From positions 1-32,968 of the forward strand of contig JBFEXS010000014.1 in the NCBI GenBank assembly GCA_041562555.1: DNA of 32,968 bases, written 5' to 3'. The notes under the pieces are model-generated. The model worked only from the letters and a program-made list of their open reading frames with translations. It made no database searches and was not told where the DNA came from. The position numbers were made by a program, and so were the translations under genes. This DNA is from Sulfurimonadaceae bacterium (GTDB taxonomy: Bacteria > Campylobacterota > Campylobacteria > Campylobacterales > Sulfurimonadaceae). Shown here piece after piece: positions 25,480 to 32,968 of this stretch (positions are counted from its first letter, which is position 1; every line of letters begins with the position of its first letter).

Positions 25480-26550
25480 ATGTTCAAATCCTTTTTAAAG
25501 TATAGGTACAAGACGAGTCTGATCCTGATTTCGGCGACGGCGGCTATTGCATCGATCTTCCTTATTACGGCTTTAGGCAACGGTATCATCAGCATGTATG
25601 CATCCATGCTTAAAACAGACGGGGACATCATTGTGATGCAAAAGGGCGTTGCGGATACTTTTTTCAGCGATGTTGACCGTTCGTTGATAGACCCTATATC
25701 AAAGATAGAAGGTGTCAAAGAGGCACAGGGTGTCATCGTGGGTGTCGGTGCTATCGGAGCAGTCCCTATTGCCGGCATCTATGGGGTGACACAAAACCGT
25801 TTGTCAAACTATACCTTGAGTCAGGGAAGCTATCCCAAAGAGGGTGAAGTGATGGTGGGTGACACCGTTGCATCCATATTGAAGCGTCCGGAGGTCATTA
25901 CCTTGCTCGGGACGGATTTTCAGGTATCGGGTATCTATGAAAGTGATATCGGTTTCGAAAATGGCGGTGTCGTCATTCCTATAGGTGATGCGCAAAAGCT
26001 CTTCAAGAAGAGTGCTTCATTCTTGCTGGTATCTCTGGAGGATATTCAAAAAGATAATGAAGTGATCATTCGTCAGATTCAATCTCTGAATGAAGGAATA
26101 GAGGTAAAATCCACTACGGAGTTTATTGACAATTATAATCAGTTTAAGATCATACGTATTTCCAGCGGCGTCATCGCTTCGATCTCTTTTTTTATGGGGT
26201 TTTTGGCTATCGTGAGTCTCATGAGTATGATGATCAATGACAGACGGTATGAATTTGGTATCAAGCGGGCAGTCGGAATCTCAAAGTCACGCATAGTACT
26301 GCACATCGTGGTGGAGGTCATCGTGTTGACCCTGATAGCATTTGTCCTGGCCTACGGTATCAGTCTTGTTTTACTGGAGCAGCTTCAGCATATTGAGAAG
26401 TTTCAAGGCTATCTTAGCGGACGGATCGATATGGTGCTTTTCATAGAGCTTCTTCTTGGTTCGGTAAGCATGGCATTGATAGGAGCACTTATTCCTGCAC
26501 TACTTGCTGCACGGGTAGATCCTATTATATTGATCAACAGGGGCCAGTAG
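25480..26550 (+). CDS. ABC transporter permease, MacB/FtsX/LolE type
   Basis: TM1, periplasmic domain, then DRRYEFGIKRAVG and PALLAARVDP. Confidence 0.9.
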   Translation: MFKSFLKYRYKTSLILISATAAIASIFLITALGNGIISMYASMLKTDGDIIVMQKGVADTFFSDVDRSLIDPISKIEGVKEAQGVIVGVGAIGAVPIAGIYGVTQNRLSNYTLSQGSYPKEGEVMVGDTVASILKRPEVITLLGTDFQVSGIYESDIGFENGGVVIPIGDAQKLFKKSASFLLVSLEDIQKDNEVIIRQIQSLNEGIEVKSTTEFIDNYNQFKIIRISSGVIASISFFMGFLAIVSLMSMMINDRRYEFGIKRAVGISKSRIVLHIVVEVIVLTLIAFVLAYGISLVLLEQLQHIEKFQGYLSGRIDMVLFIELLLGSVSMALIGALIPALLAARVDPIILINRGQ

Positions 26551-27162
26551 ATGATAGAGATGAAGCATGTCAGTCATGACTATGATCAGGAACGTATATT
26601 ACATAATATCACCCTGCATATCCCTGATGATCAATTTACGGTGATTACCGGTGAAAGCGGGAGTGGGAAGTCCACCCTGCTCTCGATAATCTCTACATTG
26701 TTGAATCCGACAGAGGGTGAGCTTCTGTTCGACGGAAAGTCGGTAGAGGATTTGGGCAATATCAATCATTTCCGCAATCAGGAGATAGGTTTTGTCTTTC
26801 AGTTCCATTATCTGATCTCGCATCTGACAGTCTATGAGAACATTGCTATGGTCACACAGCGCCCCAAAGAGGAAATTGATGCACTGTTGGATCGCCTCGA
26901 TATCGCACAACTGCAACATAAATATCCTGATCAGATATCCGGTGGCCAGCGTCAACGTGCTGCGATTGCCCGTGCCGTTATCAACCAGCCCAAATATATC
27001 TTTGCAGATGAGCCTACGGGAAACTTGGATTCTAAAAACTCGGACAAGGTGTTTGAATTATTACGAAGTCTCGATGCTACGGTCATCGTAGCCACCCATG
27101 ACCACTCTCACATCAGATCAGACGATACGATTATCTCCCTGAAGGATGGACACTTATGTTAA
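26551..27162 (+). CDS. ABC transporter ATP-binding protein, LolD/MacB type
   Basis: GESGSGKST, GFVFQFHYL, ISGGQRQR and ADEPTGNLD. Confidence 0.95.
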   Translation: MIEMKHVSHDYDQERILHNITLHIPDDQFTVITGESGSGKSTLLSIISTLLNPTEGELLFDGKSVEDLGNINHFRNQEIGFVFQFHYLISHLTVYENIAMVTQRPKEEIDALLDRLDIAQLQHKYPDQISGGQRQRAAIARAVINQPKYIFADEPTGNLDSKNSDKVFELLRSLDATVIVATHDHSHIRSDDTIISLKDGHLC

Positions 27163-28712
27163 AGAGACACATCTCTATCTCGTACGTTTTTTTAATTTTG
27201 GCTGCCTTATTTGGCCTGGTATATGCATTTCAGTTGATTGATATCGGTACAGGGCTAATGCGCCCGGACATTGCACGTAGCTTGCACATCTCACTGATGT
27301 TGTACGGATTTATGCCGTTGATGCTGTCGGTACTTCCTTTTGCCTTGTTTGACAAAGAGAATATTCTTAAAGATGAGGCCCTGGGGTATTTAGAAAAGTA
27401 TTTCATGCTCTGGTATGTCTTTTTAGTATTTATGATCATCTCACTACTTGCCGGGAATACACGCGCACTTCCTTTTTATGATTTTCCGTATGCGCTAAAC
27501 GGCATTCTTGCCTTTGCCGGTGTATTTTATATCATTGCACTTTTCAAGAGTATCCAACACTACGCCGTCAAACCGCTGTGGGTAAAGGTGTCTCTTGTAT
27601 TGGTGACGATCAGTCCGTTTATGCTTTTACTCCTTATGAACCCTGAATACGGCCAGGTCGAACAGATGCATTACGGGCCACACGGGGACAATACCCTGGG
27701 TATGAGCTTTGCCCTGATGGCGATCTATTACCTTGCGATCAAGCTTTCTTCGCCCAAGGTCTCTTTTGAGACTCGTTGGCATATCCTTTGGATCATCCCT
27801 CTCGGGTTTTATCTGCTCAGTGTCTTGTATCGAAGTTTTATAGGACCTATCAGTTATGAAGCGGAGTGGTTCTTACAGTATCTGACACTTCTGTATATCC
27901 CGACACTGTATCGATGGTGGAAGGATGCAGGCTTGAATATAAAAACACATATGACGCTCTTTATCTCCATCGTGGCATTTATTTTGATCGATGTGGAAGG
28001 AAACATTCTGTTTATCCCTGAGCTTCGGGCAATTTTTCACCGCAATGACCTGGTTGTCGGACATTCACATATTGCGGTAGGAATAGGATTACTGTTTCTT
28101 GCTTTTGCCATTGTCGAGTCCTATTTTAAATTATCTCTGATCAAGCGTTACGGATTGGTCCTTACGCTTGGTTTGATGTCACTCGTGCTTAGTATCAGCG
28201 GGTTCTCGCAAGCAGGATATATCGAGACAGACATCATGTCGATGTGGCAGTGGCGAACATTTTTTGGTTTACTTTTTTTTATTATTGTTGTACTGTCAAG
28301 CGGATATATACAGAGTAAGGACCTGCGTCAGCTAACGCCTTTGAAGCTGTATCATTTGGTCGCCTTCAGTTCCGATGGATTGGGTGGTCTGATGTTGATC
28401 TTCTTTGGGGAAGCACTGTTTTCCTTAATCGGACAGGCTTTTGTAGGTAGCTATCAGTATATTGTCTTTGGTTTTGTAGCAGGTGTCGGAATATCGCACC
28501 TTATCGGATATCTGTTTGCGGCGTATGCTCATTCTATGGGTCTGGCGACATCCGTTATTCGAATTATAACTGCAGCAGGTTTTTTCGCGCTTTATCAGGC
28601 GGGAACATTGGGATGGATCGCCTTAGTGATCTCAGCTTTTGACCTTGCTTTTGCCCTGGTCTATTTACTTTATTTACAAAAGGACAATCATGAAAAAACT
28701 CGTGTGGCTTAG
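27156..28712 (+). CDS. Divergent heme-copper oxidase subunit I-like (cbb3 CcoN-like) membrane protein lacking the helix-VII His-His pair, with a C-terminal extension of about 4 TM helices
   Basis: RSLH44 resembles CcoN RPLH; YGPH176GDNTLG resembles YGHNAVG; EGN..FHRNDLVVGH303SH305 resembles EGP..SHYTDWTIGHVH; SGFSQ and WRTFFG resemble helices XI and XII. Confidence 0.78.
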   Translation: MLKRHISISYVFLILAALFGLVYAFQLIDIGTGLMRPDIARSLHISLMLYGFMPLMLSVLPFALFDKENILKDEALGYLEKYFMLWYVFLVFMIISLLAGNTRALPFYDFPYALNGILAFAGVFYIIALFKSIQHYAVKPLWVKVSLVLVTISPFMLLLLMNPEYGQVEQMHYGPHGDNTLGMSFALMAIYYLAIKLSSPKVSFETRWHILWIIPLGFYLLSVLYRSFIGPISYEAEWFLQYLTLLYIPTLYRWWKDAGLNIKTHMTLFISIVAFILIDVEGNILFIPELRAIFHRNDLVVGHSHIAVGIGLLFLAFAIVESYFKLSLIKRYGLVLTLGLMSLVLSISGFSQAGYIETDIMSMWQWRTFFGLLFFIIVVLSSGYIQSKDLRQLTPLKLYHLVAFSSDGLGGLMLIFFGEALFSLIGQAFVGSYQYIVFGFVAGVGISHLIGYLFAAYAHSMGLATSVIRIITAAGFFALYQAGTLGWIALVISAFDLAFALVYLLYLQKDNHEKTRVA

Positions 28713-29142
28713 CCTGATGTGTGCAGTAGGACTGTATGCACGTTTGGAGGTGGAAAAGGATTTTCCGGCGATCACCCTTCCGGATCAATTTGAAAAACAA
28801 CATACGATTTCTAAGGATCAAAAGATAATCATCATGGCCTTTGAAAAGGATATCTCGGTGGCGGTAAATGACTTCCTCAAAGAGAAGCCTTCAGGCTATC
28901 TGGATGAACACCATGCCAAGTATATCTCCGATATCAGTTCGATGCCATCTGTGATCACATGGATGTTTGCGATGCCAAAGATGAAAAAATACCCGTTTTC
29001 GCTGATGCTGATCAATGATGATTCGGGCAAGCAGTTCGATAGAGAAGCAGGGAAAATAACGGTGTATAGACTCCGGGAACAGGAGATCAGGTCCATAGAG
29101 TTTATTTCACCGAAAGATATCGCTTCGATTTTTAAAGAGTAA
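28690..29142 (+). CDS. Exported thioredoxin-like-fold protein without CxxC (YtfJ/ATP10-like)
   Basis: SD AAGGA then ATG 28690 (MKKLVW signal peptide). FPAITLPDQF resembles AhpC/TSA N-termini; the mature part has no Cys. Confidence 0.65.
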   Translation: MKKLVWLSLMCAVGLYARLEVEKDFPAITLPDQFEKQHTISKDQKIIIMAFEKDISVAVNDFLKEKPSGYLDEHHAKYISDISSMPSVITWMFAMPKMKKYPFSLMLINDDSGKQFDREAGKITVYRLREQEIRSIEFISPKDIASIFKE

Positions 29143-29160
29143 TAAGAAGTACTCCAAGGT

Positions 29161-29182
29161 GTATGTCGGATACACTCCGACA
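29161..29182 (+). repeat. GTAT-led palindrome (REP-like) between convergent genes
   Basis: GTA-TGTCGGA-TACAC-TCCGACA. Confidence 0.5.
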
Positions 29183-29190
29183 AGGCCATG

Positions 29191-29207
29191 AAGGGCTTTC
29201 CCTTTTT
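29191..29207 (+). terminator. Weak intrinsic terminator candidate
   Basis: AAGGG-CTTT-CCCTT followed by T residues, downstream of the six-gene operon. Confidence 0.35.
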
Positions 29208-29233
29208 ACTCTCCTCCTTTTATTTTCAACACC

Positions 29234-31168
29234 TTAGGAATCATAATCCCTTAATGTCAGTGGTAAACGCAGAGTCGCTGCGACAGCATGAAGGATCTCC
29301 ATGTCAAAGTGGGAGATATTGTCATCTTCGCTTAAACAGGTGACGACCATCTGAAGGACTTTCTTTCGTACCGGTGCCTTTGCCTGTGAGATCAAGGAAA
29401 TCGATTTGTCAAGTTGTGTGTAATCGATGCTCTCAAAAGCAATGAAGCGTAAGATATCGATTCCGGCCGCCTTTGTCGCTGCATCAAAGAAGTGTTTGGC
29501 TTTGTCGTTGTCTAATGTCTGTGTGCGTGTCAATATGGAGAGAAAGGTCTGGACTTCACCTGTGATGTCTCGTATGTGATTGTAGGTCTCTTTTGTCGGT
29601 TTTTTCAAGGCAAAGGATATATCCAACGGATTCAATACAATGTGTTTGAGGTTCCATTCGAAAAAAGAGATCTGATCATCCATATCGATAAAGGCGATGG
29701 CAAAAGCTCTGAACTGTCTGTATTGTTGCAAAGACATCATCTTTAAAGAGCTGATGCTCAGCTGCATCAGATGCAGACGTGTACTGTGGGAGAGAGATTT
29801 AAGAAGGGTAAATGCCTCCTCCGTTTTTTCCAGCAGCCTGAGAGGGGTATGCTCAAGGAGCTGAAGTTGTCTTTCACGAATTGTATGAAAATCACTGCAT
29901 AATAAGGCGAGGATGACGGCTTGTGCACTGAGTGGGTTCTTCGTCATCTCCTGCAGCTGTGCAGGCAGGGAATGTAGGATAGAGGCGGCTTCATCGATCT
30001 GTTGGGGAGAGGGTTGCCCGATATGCTCGATACTTTCGAGTGCGGTAGCAACAGCCACCGTCTGCATTATCTTCCTTTTGCGTTCTTCCGGTTGATAATG
30101 TCTGGCAGTTTTACGGGTGGTTTTTTTTGGCGTAATAAAACTGCCGTTCCAGCGGGGGTCAATCCTTAGGATGCGCTCTTTCAGGGGAGGGTGTGTAGAA
30201 AAGAGGTTGTCCCAAAAGTCCTTGACACCGTCAGAAAAATAGAGATGACTGAAGGTGCCGGCTGCGGGGGTCTTGATCACAGATCCACCGGCATGGCCAC
30301 CTATCTTTTTCAGTGCATTGGCAATACCATCGGGATAGCGTGTAAACTGTACTGCAGAGGCGTCAGCGAGGTATTCACGCTGTTGACTGATCAGTGCTTT
30401 GATCCATTCGCCCACCGTTGTACCAACTGCTCCGATCACAGTGAAGCCTATACCGATAAGGACAATAGCGCCAACGGCATCACCGCCTTTTTTATTATTA
30501 CTTCCCCGACTGGATCGGACTTTCACATTATCCAGTGCATTGAGTATTCCCCGACCGATGAGCCCTATTAGCAAGATTCCATGCAATAATCCCGTAATAT
30601 GGAGGTTTAGACGCATGTCCCCATTGAATATATGACTGAATTCATGGGCGATGACCCCTTGAAGTTCTTCTCTGTTGAGAAGTTCGACAGAGCCTTTTGT
30701 AATTCCGATCACAGCATCTTCATAGCTTAATCCCGCGGCAAAGGCATTGATACCGGGTTGATCGAGTATATAGATCGGAGGTGCCGGTATACCGGAAGCG
30801 ATAGCCATCTCATCGACTACGTTAATCAGTATACGTTCTTGTTCATCGGAGGTATTTGAAGGCAGTAGCCTTCCTCCAAGGGCTTCAGCGACAACGTGTC
30901 CTCCCGAAGAAAGCTGGTTGAGTTTATAGATACTTCCCAGCGCAACAATCGCGATGACAATGCCCGAAGCCTTGTAAAAGTGTTCCCACGCAAATAGTTG
31001 CATGAGCTGACCTGGGGAGACAACCAGTTCTCCCGTGTTGTAATAGGCCAGTACCATCAATAAAAAGATATTCGTCACAAGGATGATACCGCCTACTCCC
31101 GATAAGAAGAGAAGATGCAATACAAAGGTGCTCTGCCTAGCCTTTCTCTGTGCCTCAAAAAAGTTCAT
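29234..31168 (-). CDS. M48 family zinc metallopeptidase (long HtpX-like form with C-terminal helical extension)
   Basis: INAFAAG, GVIAHEFSH (HExxH), REYLADASAV and THPPLKERI. Confidence 0.93.
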   Translation of the reverse strand: MNFFEAQRKARQSTFVLHLLFLSGVGGIILVTNIFLLMVLAYYNTGELVVSPGQLMQLFAWEHFYKASGIVIAIVALGSIYKLNQLSSGGHVVAEALGGRLLPSNTSDEQERILINVVDEMAIASGIPAPPIYILDQPGINAFAAGLSYEDAVIGITKGSVELLNREELQGVIAHEFSHIFNGDMRLNLHITGLLHGILLIGLIGRGILNALDNVKVRSSRGSNNKKGGDAVGAIVLIGIGFTVIGAVGTTVGEWIKALISQQREYLADASAVQFTRYPDGIANALKKIGGHAGGSVIKTPAAGTFSHLYFSDGVKDFWDNLFSTHPPLKERILRIDPRWNGSFITPKKTTRKTARHYQPEERKRKIMQTVAVATALESIEHIGQPSPQQIDEAASILHSLPAQLQEMTKNPLSAQAVILALLCSDFHTIRERQLQLLEHTPLRLLEKTEEAFTLLKSLSHSTRLHLMQLSISSLKMMSLQQYRQFRAFAIAFIDMDDQISFFEWNLKHIVLNPLDISFALKKPTKETYNHIRDITGEVQTFLSILTRTQTLDNDKAKHFFDAATKAAGIDILRFIAFESIDYTQLDKSISLISQAKAPVRKKVLQMVVTCLSEDDNISHFDMEILHAVAATLRLPLTLRDYDS

Positions 31169-31175
31169 CTAGGTA

Positions 31176-31766
31176 TTAAAACTCAATCTTTGGCGCATCT
31201 TGCATCTGAACTGAATCATCGAATTCAAGCATTGCCGCATCGTTTGGATGTCCAAAGCTCGTGCTGAAAAGCACTTGAGGGAATGACTGACGGTAGGTAT
31301 TATAGGACATGACGGAGTCGTTGTAAAACTGTCGTGCGAAGGCGACCTTGTTTTCAGTTGTAGCGACTTCCTCATGCAGTTTGATCATGTTTTCGTTGGC
31401 CTTGAGATCAGGATAGTCCTCCATGACAAAATTCAGTTTTCCCAGAGCACCTACGAGGCCTTGCTCTGCTTGGGCCAGTCCTTCGATCATAGCCGGGTCA
31501 GATGGGTCTTTTGTCGCTTGTGAGAGGCTTTTGGAAGCGAGATTACGTGCAGAGATGACTGCTTCAAGTGTCTCACTCTCATGTTTGAGGTAGCCCTTCG
31601 CGATCTCCACAAGGGAGGGGATAAGGTCATAGCGGCGTTTGAGCTGTACCTCAATCTGTGCAAATCCATTAAGATAATGGTTTTTGAGGGCAACTAAACG
31701 ATTGTATATGTTCATGATATATAATCCAAGTGCAAAAAGGATCACAACGGTAATGATAGTGGACAT
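31176..31766 (-). CDS. lemA: LemA family protein
   Basis: N-terminal TM, YNRLV, QLKRRYDLIP, YPDLKAN, ENKVAFARQFYND. The start at 31766 has SD GGAG; the ORF-track start at 31805 is probably too long. Confidence 0.95.
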   Translation of the reverse strand: MSTIITVVILFALGLYIMNIYNRLVALKNHYLNGFAQIEVQLKRRYDLIPSLVEIAKGYLKHESETLEAVISARNLASKSLSQATKDPSDPAMIEGLAQAEQGLVGALGKLNFVMEDYPDLKANENMIKLHEEVATTENKVAFARQFYNDSVMSYNTYRQSFPQVLFSTSFGHPNDAAMLEFDDSVQMQDAPKIEF

Positions 31767-31889
31767 AAGCTTGCTCCATACGTGGTTTTTATAGATTATA
31801 GTCAATCTATTATTAAATCAAATATAACATAGGCCGGTCTAAATCTGTGGCTATACCAGACCTGTCCGGCGTGAAGAAGGGGTCTCCGC

Positions 31890-32420
31890 TTAAAGAAGTT
31901 TTTGGATATCTGCTTCGATCTCGCGCGGCTTGACAGAGGGGGCATATCGCATGATCACTTGTCCTTTTTTGTCTACAAGAAACTTGGTGAAGTTCCATTT
32001 GATCGTGTCAACGACAAATCCCTCTGCGTGTTCTTTTAAATAGACATAGAGTGGATGCGTGTTATTACCATTGACATCAATCTTGGAAAACATGTCAAAA
32101 CTCACACCAAAGTTGCTCATGCAGAAGTTTTTGATCTCTTCTTCTGTACCGGGTTCCTGAGATAGAAACTGATTGCAGGGAAAGCCCAGGACGCTCAGAC
32201 CCTTGTCTTCATATTTTTCGTGCAGGGTTTGTAAACCTTTATATTGTCCGGTGTATCCGCATTTGCTGGCGACGTTGACAATCAACATAACGCGGCCTCG
32301 GTATTTGTCCATAGACAGGGTTTTCCCGTCGATATCTTTGACGTGAATGTCATATATGCTCATTTGGTCTCCTGCGATTAGATTGAGGCAAAGTAGTAAT
32401 ATAGGAACAATGTACTTCAT
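31890..32420 (-). CDS. gpx: Cys-type glutathione peroxidase family protein with a signal-peptide-like N-terminus
   Basis: VNVASKCGYT, GFPCNQF..QEPG and WNFTKFLV. No in-frame TGA. Confidence 0.95.
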   Translation of the reverse strand: MKYIVPILLLCLNLIAGDQMSIYDIHVKDIDGKTLSMDKYRGRVMLIVNVASKCGYTGQYKGLQTLHEKYEDKGLSVLGFPCNQFLSQEPGTEEEIKNFCMSNFGVSFDMFSKIDVNGNNTHPLYVYLKEHAEGFVVDTIKWNFTKFLVDKKGQVIMRYAPSVKPREIEADIQKLL

Positions 32421-32516
32421 TGATGCTTCCTTATGATGAGTATCTAATATACTTCATATCCTATCGAATTTCGAGAGTTTTTAGTAGAGTTAAACGTAGA
32501 TTTGATGTTTTGAGGA

Positions 32517-32530
32517 TGGTGGAGCATAGC
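32517..32530 (-). mobile_element. tRNA 3'-end fragment (GCTATGCTCCACCA, tRNA-Ala-like); probable att site bounding an island to the right
   Basis: Ends in discriminator A + CCA with a T-stem/acceptor 3' strand, but there is no T-loop or 5' half. AT-rich DNA begins right next to it. Confidence 0.6.
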
Positions 32531-32776
32531 TCAATCGGAATAATCTTTATAAATACATAATAATAGGTATTTGTTTTAGAAATAGATAAGTTGAAGTACA
32601 TTATAAAGTACATTAAAGATTTTGTTACTATTAAAACTAGCCTGTATTCTACTGTAACAAAATCTTATTTTATTTTAATGGTATTTAAGAAGGAATATTC
32701 ACAAACCTTTTAAATGTAGGAACTAACAGTCTTAAAAAATAGAATGATTTAAATTGGATGCCTTTGCCATACTCTT

Positions 32777-32968
32777 TTAGTTGTTTATAAGATCAATGAT
32801 ACCAGGAAGAAAACCAAAATTTATGGATTGTTTGACCATTGAGTGGTAGATAGTTTCGGCAACATCGACGCCTCCTTCTGAAAGAAAGTCTGTCTTTACA
32901 TTGGTAATAACATTGGTATCAGGGCTAACATAAAATGTGTCATTGCCCAAAGTCAAGGTCCCATCAGA
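32777..32968 (-). CDS. C-terminal 63 aa of a protein that starts beyond the window
   Basis: Open frame from the window edge: SDGTLTLGNDTFYVSPDTNVITNVKTDFLSEGGVDVAETIYHSMVKQSINFGFLPGIIDLINN*. Confidence 0.65.
   Translation of the reverse strand, partial: SDGTLTLGNDTFYVSPDTNVITNVKTDFLSEGGVDVAETIYHSMVKQSINFGFLPGIIDLINN

Noticed and set aside
27777..27791. WHILW as a half-retained CuB His-His motif
   Set aside because: Spacing from YYLAIK and to the downstream helix fits the CcoN HFW segment better, which places the HH position at Y225-R226. Manual alignment only.
27156..28712. Calling the gene ccoN or norB
   Set aside because: The helix VII His-His pair is missing, there is no HxxxE NOR signature, and no ccoO/ccoP/norC neighbours are present.
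31833..31870. GCCGG...CCGGC stem between gpx and lemA as a terminator or REP
   Set aside because: Internal pairing is irregular, there is no U-tract on the gpx strand, and there is no second copy in the window.
188..31998. Short antisense or out-of-frame ORFs in the track (e.g. 8829-9320, 19966-20436, 20609-21028, 21233-21661)
   Set aside because: They are wholly or largely nested in well-supported genes and have no recognisable motifs, so I treated them as shadow ORFs.
31890..32420. Selenocysteine GPx
   Set aside because: The active-site codon is TGC (Cys) and there is no in-frame TGA.
32520..32545. Plus-strand tRNA 5' half (..CATAGCTCAATCGG)
   Set aside because: There is no closing GAGC D-stem, anticodon arm or T-arm. 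The minus-strand 3'-end reading explains the sequence better.
1..32968. CRISPR array, rRNA, complete tRNA, transposase or integrase
   Set aside because: I saw no regularly spaced repeats, full cloverleaf or recombinase motifs anywhere in the window.

Overview
Chromosomal segment of a Campylobacterota (epsilon-proteobacterium, Sulfurovum-like). The assignment is inferred from the rsmA-rnj-kdsD-rluB-rarA gene order, the RNase J N-terminal extension, the modA-TOBE-modB-modC layout and TGn-extended -10 promoters. The left ~6.3 kb is housekeeping. The rest is accessory-type: an HD-GYP sensor, a TonB receptor with a duplicated PepSY-TM protein, an atypical SDR, a molybdate ABC operon with a ModE-type box, a Na/Pi transporter, a Fic protein, LemA/M48 protease and glutathione peroxidase. 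The best candidate for an undescribed system is 19.5-29.1 kb. A porin-like / small binding protein / HAMP kinase module and an OmpR regulator sit beside a six-gene operon: membrane protein, YceI, MacB/LolD-type ABC pair, a cbb3 CcoN-like protein and a Cys-less thioredoxin-like protein. The CcoN-like protein keeps the heme-ligating histidines but has lost the helix-VII CuB His-His pair, and no CcoO/CcoP is in the window. Other signals missed by the ORF track: a tightly folded multi-stem RNA candidate and a 41-aa ORF upstream of the TonB receptor, several apparently leaderless genes, a Fic motif variant, a dual-start GPx, and a 14-bp tRNA-Ala-like 3' fragment (probable att site) at the edge of an AT-rich region on the right. 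All protein calls come from motif recognition by eye; no searches were run.
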